From NCBI RefSeq assembly GCF_006345805.1, contig NC_043012.1:5642001-5706000 (forward strand): a DNA stretch of 64,000 bases, read 5' to 3'. Below the pieces are notes generated by a model. It was not told the origin of the DNA, ran no database searches, and saw nothing but the letters and a program-made list of their open reading frames with translations. Positions 25,990 to 39,155 of the stretch are shown one piece after another (the stretch's first letter is position 1; every line of letters starts with the position of its first letter). This DNA comes from Octopus sinensis. Taxonomy: Eukaryota. The position numbers and the translations under genes are program-made.

Positions 25990-26440
25990 AAATACCCTAA
26001 CACACACATATATATACACACACATGCACACACATGCACATGCACACACATGTGTACATGCGTACATGTGCACATGCATGCACACAAACACACACACACA
26101 TGCACACATATGTGTACATGTGCACACGCACTCACACACGTATGCACACACATGTGCTCACACTCATGCACTCATGTGCACACAGACACACACACACAAA
26201 CAGACACACATGTGCACGCACACACATAGACACACATGCACACACATGCACACACACACAGGTATATGTGCACACACATACACACACATGCACATACATG
26301 TACACACGCACACACACACATATGCACACACTCGTGCACACACACATGTACATGTGCACATGTGCACACACACATGTACACACACACACGCGCACACACA
26401 CACGTGTACATGTACACACAAGCACACACATATCAGCGCA
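25990..26440. repeat. Long alternating purine-pyrimidine (CA/TG/CG) compound microsatellite
   Basis: Direct reading. Confidence 0.93.
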
Positions 26441-27021
26441 TAACAGAGCTAAGGGAGTTGAGAAAGAGACATAGAGAGGGAGAGGGAATGAGACAAAGAG
26501 AAAGAGAGAGAGTAAGGGAGAAAGGGAGAAAGAAAGTGAGAAAGAGGGAATTTGAAAGAGAGATGAGTGAACAAAGATAGGGATCTAAACAAGCAGGTGG
26601 TTGGGGAGGAGGGAAACCCTGTTACAAAATCTACAAAGGGAGCAGCAAGCTTCCATCATCAATCTCAGTCATGACAGTCACCGAGGAAATAATAGGATGG
26701 TATCAATTGGTTGTTCATTCAATAAGTAAATTCCACTGACCATATTTCTAACCTGTGTGTCATGCTGTTAGTGTCTACAAAAAAGATCAGCAGATCACAG
26801 CAATGTTTACCAACAAGAAAACATTATAGAAATAAATTATGGTAATCGTTTAGCCTGAGATCAGAGTCAGAAGTGCTCCGTCCATGATTGCTTTGCTGGT
26901 TGTGGTAAGAAGATTGCTTCCCAACCATATACTTCCAGGTTCAGTGTCTTCTGCTATAGCCTCAGGCAAACCAAAGCCTTGAGACTGTATTTGGTAGACA
27001 GAAGCTGAAAGAAGCCTGTCG

Positions 27022-27056
<35 letters not shown>

Positions 27057-27838
27057 TATATATATATACACCACACTACACACCACCACATCACATCACA
27101 CCACCACACACACACTAGCACTGACCACTTCCCAGCCCCACATCCACACACCTATACATAGACGCACATGTCAAGGTCACCAGCCCTCTTCCACATGCAC
27201 ATACATACTTTCTTATACACACGCACGCACACCTTCGTTTTGAGATCACCACTACTTTATTATTTCCCCTTCTTCCTAGCTTTCCTGTGTGACCCCTCTG
27301 TCCGGCATTCGCCATGAGAGATCGCTAGCCACTACACGTTCTTTATTTTCTCTCCTTGTTTCTGTCTGTGATTCTTTCTGTGGAAGAACGTAGGCTCGAA
27401 ATGTAAAAGACTTTTTCACTTCCCGAGCGTTATACTAATACATCTGTTCATTGTCTACACCACCTGTCTTTGTCTTTTGTTTTTTGTGAATTCTCCCTAT
27501 ATATATGTGTGTGTGTGTACACACACACACACGTATATGTACATGTGTGCGTATATCTAAATTTGTCTCTCACCACTACTTGACAATGATGCATTAGTGT
27601 GTTTATGCCCCCTTAACTTAGCAGTTTGGTAAAACAGACTGATAAAGTAAGTATCAGGCTTAAACAAATAAAAGTCCTGGGGTCGATTCATTCAACTAAA
27701 AGTTCTTCAAAGTGGTGCCCCAGCATGGCCACAGTCTAATGACAAAAACAAGTAAAAGAATATGAATAGTTAATAAAAAAAACACATATCAGAAAGAATA
27801 GAGCAGTAATTATAACAACAAAATTTTATATCTTGGAC

Positions 27839-27998
27839 TGGACCGGGGTGGACTAAGACTATTAAGGGCCCTCGGGCAGAACTGTTTACTGGGCCCCTTT
27901 GAATGTGTCTTTTAGTAGAGTTAACATGTTGAGTACGGGCCCCTCAAAGCTCTGAGCCCTCGGGCAATGTCCGATTGACTGACGGCTCAGTCCGTCCG
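27839..27998. mobile_element. hAT-type MITE, 160 bp
   Basis: Perfect 8-bp direct repeat TCTTGGAC at 27831-38 and 27999-28006; degenerate GGACT.AG termini and internal GGGCCC motifs. Confidence 0.7.
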
Positions 27999-28186
27999 TC
28001 TTGGACATAGAGTTACCCAAGGTTTTTATATATATAACGGGCTTCTTTCAGTTTCCATCTACCAAATCCATTCAAAAGGCTTTGGATGGCCTGAGGGTAT
28101 ACTAAAGTCCCAAGGTGCCACACAATGGGACTGAACCCAGAACCATGTGGATGGGAAGCAAGCTTCTTACCACACCAGGTCTGCCT

Positions 28187-28655
28187 GACTGGCTCCTGTG
28201 CTGGTGGCTTTTAAAAAATACCATCCGAACATGGGAGCCTGTCAGTGCATCCTGACAGGCTCCCATGCCGGTGGCACATAAAAAGCACTATCTGAATGTG
28301 ATTGATGCCAGAGTCACCTGACTGGCTCTCATGCCGATGGCACATCAAATGCACCATCCAAATGTGGCCGATGCTGGTACGCCCTGACTGGCTCCCTTGC
28401 CAGTGGCATGTAAAAAGCATTATCCGAATATGATTGATGCTAAGCCTGCCTGACTGGCTCCTGTATAAAAGCACTCACTACACTCTTGGAGTGGTTGGCA
28501 TTAGGAAAGACATCCAGCTGTAGAAATATTGCTAGATCAGATTGGAGCCTGGTGCAGCTGCTGGCTCTCCAGACCTCAGTCAAACCGTCCAACCCATGCC
28601 AGCATGGAAAATGGACGTTAAACGATGATGATGAATGATGATGATGATGATGTGA

Positions 28656-28660
<5 letters not shown>
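28187..28660 (+). mobile_element. Family E RTE-tail/VNTR element
   Basis: About 5 diverged AAAAGCAC.ATCCGAA..TG..GATGC..CTGACTGGCTC units, then the GGAAAATGGACGTTAAACGATGATG tail. Confidence 0.75.
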
Positions 28661-28689
<29 letters not shown>

Positions 28690-28914
28690 GGTGGTGGTGA
28701 TATTTCCTTTTTGGATTAGGTTTGCAAGATTCTTTATGTGAGTTTGTGTGTTGAAGCCTATTTTATTGTGTCTGGGGAGGGTCATTCTCTTTTTGTGCCT
28801 TATTATTTAACACACTCACTGGTTCAGCTTCCACTCATTTACTTATTTATTTCTTCTAAAATTTTGATTGCATCATGCAACAAAATATATTATATATATA
28901 TATATAATATATAA

Positions 28915-29310
28915 TAGGCACAGGAGTGGCTGTGTGGTAAGTAGCTTGCTTACCAACCACACGGTTCTGGATTCAGTCCCACTGTATGGCACCTTGGACA
29001 AGTATCTTCTACTATAACCTCAGGCCAACCAAAGCCTTGTGAGTGGATTTGATAGATGGAAACTGAAAGAAGCCAATCATATATGTGTGTGTGTGTGTGT
29101 ATGTATAATTTTGTGTCTGTGTTTGTCCCCCTACACCATCACTTGACAATCGATGTTGGTGTGTTTACATCCTTGTAACATTAGCAGTTCAGCAAAAGAG
29201 ACCAATAGAATAAGTACTAGGCCTACAAAGAATTAATCTTGGTGTTGAATTGTTTGAGTAAAGGCAGTGCTCCAGCATGGCTGCAGGCAAAATGACAGAA
29301 ACAGGTAGAA
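28915..29310 (+). mobile_element. Family B SINE
   Basis: Full head-to-tail match to the family B copies. Confidence 0.88.
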
Positions 29311-29344
29311 GATTAGAATATATATTTATATATTCTTTTACGTA

Positions 29345-29379
<35 letters not shown>

Positions 29380-29380
29380 G

Positions 29381-29640
29381 TGGAGGCGCAATGGCCTAGT
29401 GGACGCAGGATCGCGGTTTCGATTCCCAGACCGGGCGTTGTGAGTGTTTATTGAGCGAAAACACCTAAAAGCTCCACGAAGCTCCGGCAGGGGGTGGTGA
29501 TCCCTGCTGTACTCTTTCACCACTTTTTCTCCCACTCTTTCTCCTGTTGGCCTGCTCGCTTAGCCAGCGGGGTGGCATCATTCAAAGGCTAAAACGATGC
29601 GAACACATTGTAACCAGCGATGTGTAACTACATCTGATGG
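29381..29640 (+). mobile_element. tRNA-derived SINE, family D (GGAGGCGCAATGGCCTAGTGG head)
   Basis: B-box-like TTTCGATTCC and TTGTGAGTGTTTATTGAGCGAAAACACCTAAA block; second copy at 51271. Confidence 0.85.
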
Positions 29641-29945
29641 ATATATATATTATATATATATAATATAACTGCAGCATCGAAAGCACATGTTAGCCATTCA
29701 GAAACAGCCAAAGACTCTCAGTTTCACTTCGACATTTTCTGTTTGCAATGTTGCCAGTGACCAGGTCATTGTTTCAAGTAATGATAAGTTTGACACAATA
29801 TATTACAAACAATAACTGTTTAAGCAAAGTCAACAGTGTTTGTGTGTTTCTGAAAAGCTAACAATGTTGTCTTCCACACTGCAATCATTTTAGCTTCAAT
29901 ACGATCTCAAGATCAAAACACTTATTTGGCAAGTGCACCTCACTA

Positions 29946-29984
<39 letters not shown>

Positions 29985-31714
29985 CACAGAAGTGATGAAA
30001 AGTGCCAAGTGATAGATGTCAACAAAGAGCGATGGAAGAAATAATGAGAGAGAGAGAGAGAAAGAGAAAGAAGGGTAGTAATAAAGATGAGTGATGGACA
30101 GCAATAGAAATGGGTGATGGTGAGAGATATTGAATATGGATCGACCTGAGGTTAGCCACCATTACACAGGCATCATGAGGGAAGAGGGACAGAGAAGTTG
30201 TTGTGAGGAGAGTTATGATGCCCCCTTGTGAGAGATAGATTGGTCTGAGTAAAGTATAAACAGTAATGATGCAAGTAGGTTCAGAGTTCGGAGTTGAGTG
30301 AAGTTCGTGTTAGTTTGCAATGAAGTCGGAGGGTGTCGGTTGGTTTATTTCACAAGGAATATTGATTGTAGGTTCGTAAAGAGATTTGTTGGCTCGTTAG
30401 ATTGTTTTCCCTGTTATATACATTCATAAGGCTGGTTTCTTAGTTTCCATGGTATATATACCCCTGAATCGGACACCAGTCTGTCACAGGAAATACTCAT
30501 TTTTGCCAGATGAGTGAACTGGAGTAACATGAAATGAAGTGTCTTGCTCAAGAACATAATACACCACCCAATCCAGGAATTGAAACCACAATGTTATGAT
30601 CATGCGTCCAGTACCGTAACCACCAAGCCACAAGCCTCCACAAGATGCTCCACCACAACAGTATCCATTTTGTCATGTTTACATGGCTGGAAGAGTCTGT
30701 TTCTTAACCCTGCGTATCACACCATATCTTGGTTCTTCATCATCTCCTTGAAATCAATCTTCAACTCTACTGGCACCATTTCAGCTACAGACTCATTAGT
30801 TGTCTGGCTCTTGCTTCAAGTCAGTCACTGGAAACTTTGGCGTTCAAGTTCAGCCTTTCACCTTCATTTCATTCCCGCCACAAAGAAAACTCTGGTTACA
30901 TAATGGATTATATGCTTGCAGTTGTTTTTGTTTTTTTTCTTCTTTTCTTCTATAGACACCAGGCCTAAAAGTTTGGAGGGAGGGGCTATGTTACTGACCC
31001 CGAAAGGATGAAAGGTACAGTGGTGTCTTCAACTTCTGCTCTGGGGCAATCAACACCTTGTAAATGAAGTTGGTAGATAGAAACAGTGAAGAAGTCTTTT
31101 AGTTGTTATCTGTTTCGGGTGTTGGACTGCAGCCATGCTGGAGCACCACCTTCAATGGTTTTTTTTCAAACAGATCAACCTCAGTACTTATCTTAAGTTT
31201 TTGCCAAGCTGTTATGTTACAAGGATGTAAACAAACCAACATTGCTTGCCAAGTAGTGGTGGGGGACAAACACAAAGACACACACACACACATGCATGAT
31301 GGGCTTCCACACATTTCTGCCTACCAAATTCACTTGCAAAGCATTGGTGGACTTGAGATAATACTAGAAGAAACCATGCAGTGGGACCGATTCCAACACC
31401 ACAAGTTTGCTAAACCAGCTTTATATATGTGTATGTATGTATACACACACACACACACACATCTATATGTCTGTGTATACTTGTATGATTCCATGCTTGT
31501 CTCTCACCACTTGACAACTAGCGCTGGTTCATTGTGTCTCCACGACTTAGTGGTTCAGCAAAAAGAGACCAGGTTTAAAACATGGGCTGGTGTCAATTTT
31601 ATTGACTAAACCCTTCAAGGCAGTGCTCCAGCTTGGTCAACCAGTGAGTGAGTAAATGAGAGTGAAGAATATCATCAAATAAAAATGTTACTAAAATGCA
31701 AGATTATTCTATCC

Positions 31715-32430
31715 GTAGTATTAAATACAGGAAATCTCTTCTGGTTTTACGACTACCAAAGACTTTAATTACATAATCATAATTAAGTTCATGTGCAAGA
31801 GATTATTCAACTGCTAAGATTTCCAGATGAGATAATCTGTCTTGGCACATCATTGATCTCCTAACATTCTTAATATAAGCTAAAACGCTGGAAGATCTTC
31901 CAACCTGTGCTACTATGGCTGGTAGGCAGCAAAAATATTCAAAGTGCTGTAATTACATTAGAGAATAGAACTTGGAGCTGCAGCTCAGTAAGTTTGTTTC
32001 ATAATTCAATTGATAGAAATAGGAAGGGAGAAATATTTGATTTATTTATTGATTTTAAACAGAATTTTCATCTTTCGTTTCAAGTGATATATCAATAGTT
32101 TATATATATATAAAATATATATATATATATATAGATATAGATATATAGATATATAGATATATAGATATATTTGTATAATCTATTTTATACAACTGATTAA
32201 TGCTGAGTTCAATGTGATTATTTTCTATTTCAGGATATTTCCAAATGAAACCAAGTTAATTATTGAAATAAGATGGGGCTTTGAAGCAACTCGAAATATT
32301 TGAAATGGCCAAGTCAAATATAGTACATGATAGTCTTATCTCATCCCTTTTAGCATCAACCTGCCTAGGACTGTTACTAGTTATGATACAAATTTCCTGC
32401 TTTAAAATGATCTCAATAAAAACCTGCCAT
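31715..32430 (-). pseudogene. hAT transposase C-terminal remnant (dimerisation domain)
   Basis: NVITAL.IF..LPA.VAQ..RS.SVLAYIKNVRRSMMCQDRLSHLEILAVE.SLAHELNYDYVIKVFGSRKTRR matches the hAT C-terminal dimerisation pattern; split by a TA microsatellite. Confidence 0.8.
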
Positions 32431-33304
32431 CAAAATTACGCCTTTATTTTATTTTTCAAATATAAACTTAATAATGGTTTCAAATTTTGCCACAAGGGCA
32501 GCAATTTTGGGGAAGGGGATGAGTCGATTACATCAAACCCAGAGTTCAACTGGTACTTATTTTATTGACCCTGAAAGGATGAAATGTAAAGTTGACCTCA
32601 GCAGAATTTGAACTCAGAATCTAGCGATGGGTAAAATACCACTAAGCATTTTGTCCGACTTGCTAATGACTCTGCCAGCTCACTGCCTTAAACATAAGCT
32701 TAATAAAGACAAATTTGATTTGCAAATATTTTCATCATTTTGGAAAAAGCACCCTGTACACCCTGTAAAGTGGTTGATATTAGGAAGGTTATCAAACCAT
32801 AGAAACCATGCCAAAGATGACACTGGGGTTTATTTCAGCCATGTAGCTTGTTGGATCCTTGCAAACCAATCAGCCCATGCCAGCATAGAAAACAGACATT
32901 AAATTATGATGATAATAATCATTGTAATCGAAGGCAATGATTGGTAAGGGCATGGATTTGATTCTCAGACTAAATAGTACATTGTGGTTTTCAGCAAGGC
33001 ACTTCATTTAAAGATGTTCCAGTTCTCTCAGAGGAAAGAGAGTGTGCCAGTAGTAAGCCAAGGAAATGGTTTAATTCTGTAATAAATTGGTGTCCTGTTC
33101 AGGTCAGAGTCTTGCACTGTCAACTACTTAAATGCAATGGAAACAGGATAAGTTCCATCTTAATGGGATTATAGGTCTCAGACAGGCTAAATCATTACAG
33201 CTCTCTAAATGCAGAAGACAGCTTTCATTGGTGTCTATAAGAAAGCTTACTATAATCTTGCATGTTTTCTGTAGCTGCTATGAGTGTTTTTTTCAATAGA
33301 TAAA

Positions 33305-33730
33305 CATCCAAGCATGATCGTTGCCAGGGTCAAGGATTGGCTCCTGTGCCGGTGGCACGTAAAAAGCACCATTCGAGCATGATCATTGCCAGTGTCACCA
33401 TACCGGCATATGTGTCAGTGGTATGTGAAAAACAACATTCGAGCATGGTCATAGCCAGTGCCGCCAGACTGGCTCCCATGCAGATAGCATGTAAAAAACA
33501 CCTTTTGAGTGTGGTCATTGTCAAAACCGTCTGACTGGCCCTCGTGCCAATGACACATAAAAGCACCCACCACACTCTCGGAGTGGTTGGCATTAGGAAG
33601 GGTATCCAGCTGTAGAAACTTTGCTAGATCAGACTGAGTCTGGTGTAGCCTCTAGCTCATCAGTCCTCAGTCAAACCATTCAACCCATGCCTGCATGGAA
33701 AGCGGATGTTAGATGACGATGATGATGATG
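33305..33730 (+). mobile_element. Family E RTE-tail/VNTR element
   Basis: Repeat units with GTGCCGGTGGCAC and AAAAAGCACCATTCGAGC, then the RTE tail with (GAT)n. Confidence 0.75.
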
Positions 33731-34519
33731 AAACATCATGACCAAAAACTTCTTCAATTGGTGGTGGCTGGGTGGTAGACAAGTTTACTTCATAACCACA
33801 TGGCTTAGAGTTCCATTCCACTGTGTGGCACCATATATATACTCCTTATTCCACATTGCATACCTCCACATACTCCTAGCAACCAACCACACCTCCCACA
33901 GATCATACACCACCCTCTATGCACACACCTTTATGCCAATACCCTCTTACACATGTATACAACACCCTGCCTCTTCCTAACTCCTCCCCCATACAACTGC
34001 ATATCCAGCTGGCACCTAAACATTTGTTTTTCTTCCCATTATATTTCCCTATTTCTTTTCTGTCTTGTGAAGAAGGACTTGTGTCCAAAACGTTAGAGAC
34101 CCATCCTCTTTCTTTTGAAGCATTATACTAATTACACCTTTGTCAAAACTTGCCCCTCTTTTGTTCTTTCTTGTTGCTGCCAAAATAAATTTTCTCATTC
34201 ATTCTAACCTCGCGTGAAGAAAGCAGATGGCAACAATCTTGAACTCAATACATATATATATGTTTCAGGACAAAGTACCAGTCGAGTACGAACCAGTGAT
34301 AAGAAATTAAGATGATAAAGGAAAAAACAATTATGCTATGAACTGCATTAGCTTACACTTGCTTCTGCAACAAAATGCAATGCACTTGCTTCGATGAAGC
34401 TATACGATAATACTCAAGCACTCAACTATGAGTGCCTTGTATATATATGTATTGTATATGTGTGTGTGTGTAAGAAATAATAAAAAAAACCTTCTCTTAC
34501 ACAGATATCATCATCCTCA

Positions 34520-35235
34520 TCATCATCGTTTAATATCTGTTGTCCATGCTGGCATGGGTTGAATGGGTTGACCAGGGCTGGCAAGCTGGAAGGCTGCACC
34601 AGACTCTTGTCTGATTTGGCATGGTTTCTGTGGCTGGGTGCCCTTCCTAATGCCAACCACTCTGAGAGTGTAATGGGTGCTTTTACGTGGCACAGAGGCC
34701 AGTCAGGTGGAACTAGCCATGGCTATGATTTCGATTTCGATTTTACTTGACACAACAGGTCCTTTCAAGCATATCATATTACCCGACGCTTCAAGGGCAC
34801 TTTTAAATGGGCTGATCAAGCAACATTGGCATCGGCCATGGCTGCGATCTCACTTTACTTGGCGGGTTTTCTCAATCACAACATATCTCCAGAGGTCTCA
34901 GTCTCTTGTCATTGCCTCTGTGAGGCCCAACGTTCGAAGGTCATGCTCCACAACCCCATCCCATGTCTTCCTGGGTCCACCTCTTCCACAGGTTCTTTCC
35001 ACTGTTAGGGTGTAGCACTGTTCTCATTCATACGGAACACATGAACATACCAGCACAGTCATCTATCTAGCACCCCACATTTGATGCTTCTTTTGTCCAA
35101 ATTTTCTCTCAGGGTGCTTACACTCTGTCGTGTATGCACACTGACATTACACATCCAGTATTTCATACTAGCTTCATTTCTTTCAAGCCTACGCATGTTC
35201 TCAGCAGTCACGGCCCATGTTTCACTACCCTGTAG
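34520..35235 (-). mobile_element. RTE LINE 3' fragment (RT C-terminus and tail)
   Basis: GSETWAVTAENMRRLERNEASM..WMCNVSVHTRQSVSTLRE...GRPRKTWDGVV.HDL, continuing into the family E tail. Confidence 0.85.
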
Positions 35236-35243
35236 CATGGCGC

Positions 35244-35276
<33 letters not shown>

Positions 35277-36103
35277 GTATGTGTGTGTGTGTGTACATAT
35301 ATATGTGTCTATACACGCACACATACACACACATATATGTATTTATATATACGCATATACACAGAGAAAGAGAGGAGAACTAGAGAAAGACATCTGGAAA
35401 TAATCATTCGTTGTTATGGATTCCCAATCTTCAGTTGTCAGGCCAACATTTATCTAGGGTTATATAACCTCTTAATTATCTGACAGCATAGCTAAATATA
35501 AATCCTTCAATAGAATTAAACAATTCGTTTGAAGTATTGCGTGTTACATAATTTTTCTCATGCAGTTATGACGAAATCTACTCCACTAGATAACTGCGCA
35601 ATCCCTGATATATACACTCACACAGCTCATATATCATATAATATATGTTGTTGCTTGTTCCTTCTCGAGCCATGCCTGGCTCATAAAGGCTGGTTTCCCG
35701 GTTTCATTGGCGTATAGGTTTCCCCACCAAGACGGGACGCAGGTCCGTCGCAATAATATAATACAGGGGTTTCAAATTTTGGCTCAAGGACAGAAATTTT
35801 GAAGGGAGGGCTAAGTCGACCCCAGAGCTCAGCTGGTGTTTATTTTATCGATCCTGAAAGGATGAAAGGCAAAGTCAACCTCGGTGGAATTTGAACTCAT
35901 AATATAATATGATATAACTTAATGTAATATGATATAATGCAATGCAATATGATATATGTACAGTAATCCCGCAACTATCGTGGGTTTACGTTCCAAAACC
36001 TCTCACAAAACTAATTAAAATCTTTAAAAAAATATATATATAAATACTTATCGGCCGCAGAGGCCCGCGATATACATAGGAGTCCTCGATATAAATTTAC
36101 ATA

Positions 36104-37428
36104 TTGGGATGGCAACTAAGTACCCGCCGTTATTTTTTTTTTATTTTGGAATTTATTGCGTTTTTAAATTTTGGAATTTATTGCGTTTTTAAATTTTGGA
36201 ATCTATTTTTTTTTCGAGAATTCTATTTTTGAATCATTTTGGAATCTATTTTGTTTTTTCTTTTTTTTTTCTAGTTAATTTTAGTTATTTTTTTTTTACT
36301 TATTTCAGATCATTGAAATGGAATGTCAAGTTAAGAAAAACGAGCATTTTCGACACCGCCTTCTTTTTGCTTTTAATCAAGGTTCTAAGGCCACAAAAGC
36401 TGCTCGTGACATTTGTGCTGTGTATTGAGAGGGTGCCATAGCTGAAAGAACCGCTCGTGATTGGAATGCCAAGTTCAAAAATGGAAATTTTGACCTCAAA
36501 GACACACCTCGTTCTGGCCCTCCAGTTGAGTTCGATGAAGATCGATTAAACCAACTTTTGCACGAAAATTCTCGTCAAACGACTAGGGAACTGGCAGAGA
36601 AAATGGAATGCTCCTATACTGCTATAGAGATGCATCTTCACTCGATGGGAAAGGTTCAGAAGTATGGAGCATGGATTCCGCATGCTTTAAGTGACAACAA
36701 AAATCAACGGGCTACTATCTCCGCTGGTTTGCTTGTTCGTCACGGCTCAACTCATGGACACAAGCAACGATTTCTTTACCAAAATCGTTACTGGCGACGA
36801 AAAACGGTGTCTGTACATCAATATGAAGCAGCGTAAGGAATAGCTTAGCCCTGGTAAATAAGCGACACCGCGCGTGAAACAAGATCTTCCTCCGCGTAAA
36901 ACGATGCTGTGCGTATGATGGGACTGGGAAGGGATTATCCATTACGAATTGCTTGAACGGAACCAAACAGTCAACGCGGATTTCTATATTCAGCAGATGG
37001 AACGACTCAACACGGCTATTCAAGAGAAAAGGCCTAATCGGCAGCATAGAGTTCTTCTGCCGCACGACAACGCCCGCCCTCATATCGGTAGTATGACTAA
37101 GGAAGCCATTCAAACGCATGGATGCCACACCCGCCGTACTCTCCTGATTTGACACCAACAGATTTGCACCTCTTTCGATATCTTTTAAATACTATGAGCG
37201 GAGTTTCGTTCAATACTGCTGCAGAATTGAGAGCTTGATTGCATCAATGTTTCAAGTCGATATTGGGTGATTTCTATCAACGAGGTATTGAAAATCTTGT
37301 TGAACGTTGGGAAGAAGTTGTAAACAACAAGAGTGAATACATTATTGATTAATTAATTGTTATTTTTTATTAAACCTTTTTAAAAAATTTAATTTATAAA
37401 GACGGCGGGAATTTAGTTGCCAATCCAA
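36104..37428 (+). mobile_element. Full-length mariner (DD34D) transposon, 1325 bp
   Basis: TIRs TTGGGATGGCAACTAAGTACCCGCCGT and TTGGATTGGCAACTAAATTCCCGCCGT; TA TSDs at 36102-03 and 37429-30. Confidence 0.95.
36318..37352 (+). pseudogene. Mariner transposase pseudogene
   Basis: MECQVKKNEHFRH...WIPHAL...IVTGDEK...HDNARPH...YSPDLTPTD...EYIID*; several stops and frameshifts. Confidence 0.95.
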
Positions 37429-37935
37429 TATATTAGCCAGAAGAATCCACCATGTACTGAGTGCGCGATAGATGAACCACGATATGGCGAGGGCTTATTG
37501 TATATACACATTTATGCGTCACTCCATCAGAACCACCACCACCACCACCATCACACCATTATATAAAGTTTGTGTTCCATGATGGTATGGCTTGTTTGCT
37601 GGTATGGTTTGACAGGATCTGATGGGTCCAAGGACTGCCTTGTGCTTCAATGTCTCTTTTGGTATGGTTTCAACGGGTGGATGCCCTTCCTAACACCAAC
37701 TACTTTACAGGTAAAGCCATAAGGAGCAGCATGGTATATGTAAAGTTTCAGCAAAAGAGTCCTTCAGTGACCAACGGTGACACTCACGCGTTGCTAAATA
37801 AAGGAACCTTTGGGTGGATAACGGTTAGAAACTGCAATTTTCTGAAGTGCATGGTTGCTAATGTTTATAGACCAGGCGAACAGAGTGTATTATTGCTAAG
37901 ATATGTGGACTTGGTGGCCAGGGTTTTCTTTAACT

Positions 37936-38428
37936 GGCATCCCGTCGGTTACGATGATGAGTGTTCGAGTTAATCAGACCAATAGAACAGCTTGCTCATG
38001 AAATTAACGTGCAAGTGACTGCAGGGCTGACCCCAGGGTTGCTGACGCCCCGGGCAAGCTGAATTTCGGCGGGTACAAGCTGACAGTTGTGGAAATTTCC
38101 TTGTCTTTGTCACGCTCTCCTTGGCGCCCTCTAGCGCATAGCGCCCCGGGCGACTGCCCGAGTTGCCGGTACCTTGAGCCGGCCCTGAGTGGCTGAGCAC
38201 TCCACAGACATGTGTACCCTTAACGTAGTTCTCAGGGAGATTCAGCGTGACAAAGAATGTGACAAGGTTGGCCCCTTGAAATACAGGTAATACTCACTTT
38301 TGCCAGCTGAGTGTACAGGAGCAACATGAATATGGAGTGCCTTGCTCAAGGACACAACACGCTGCCAGGAATCGAACTCGTGACCTTACGATTGTGATCC
38401 AACTACCCTTACCACTAAACCATGCGCC
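37936..38428 (-). mobile_element. CORE-like SINE interrupted by a hAT MITE
   Basis: tRNA-like head at about 38428-38360, TCCTTGAGCAAGGCACT block and a 3' part shared with 51608-51755. Confidence 0.75.
38022..38187. mobile_element. hAT-type MITE, 166 bp
   Basis: CAGGGCTGACCC / CAGGGCCGGCTC termini; TSD AGTGACTG and AGTGGCTG (1 mismatch). Removing it restores the SINE sequence. Confidence 0.85.
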
Positions 38429-39155
38429 TTCACAGTGGCCAAGTACATTACCGCTAACGTCTATAGACATTAATATAAAGCAACAAAAAAGGCAGCGATC
38501 TGGCAGAATCGTTAGCGCGCTGGACGAAATGCTTAGTGGTATTTCTCCCGTCGCTACGTTCTGAGTTCAAATTCCCCCGATGCTGACTTTGCCTTTTATC
38601 CTTTCGGAGTCAATAAATTAGGTACCAGTGAAACACTGGGGTCGATGTAACCGATTTATCCACCCCAACCCCTAAAATTTCAGGCCTTGTGCCTATAGTC
38701 GAAAAAAAAAGAAAAGTAATTTTAAACAGCAAAAGATTACAAAGACGCACATAAGGCAAAAAGTAAGTACTGTTGCGAATTCTAGGAGTCATGGGGCCGG
38801 TTACAAGTGACCGAAATCCTAATATATCCTCGCTGGATGGGACGCCAGTCCATCGCAAGGTTATTCATTTTCCAACTAAATGTACTGGAACGACTTGAAA
38901 AGAAGTGTTTTACTCAAGAACACAGCGCAATGTTCAGTCCAGGAACCGAAACCATGATCTTGAACTCGTGAGTGCATCACCCTAACAACCACTAGGCCAC
39001 GTTCTTTCACAATGAAGTACATAAAAAAAAATAAAAGGAATCCCAAATTCCGAGTCGGCTTTATCAGCTGATCGGTCTTGTAGTTTGGCGTTTCCGTTCA
39101 ACAAACTCTGTTCTGCTTTTCAAAATCGGGTTTGATGGTTCTCATTGCTGACAAC

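Larger units (their letters stand above)
35961..37500. mobile_element. Tigger/pogo-like MITE that hosts the mariner insertion
   Basis: Termini CAGTAATCCCGCAACTATCGTGG and reverse complement CAATAAGCCCTCGCCATATCGTGG, flanked by TA at 35959-60 and 37501-02. Confidence 0.65.
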
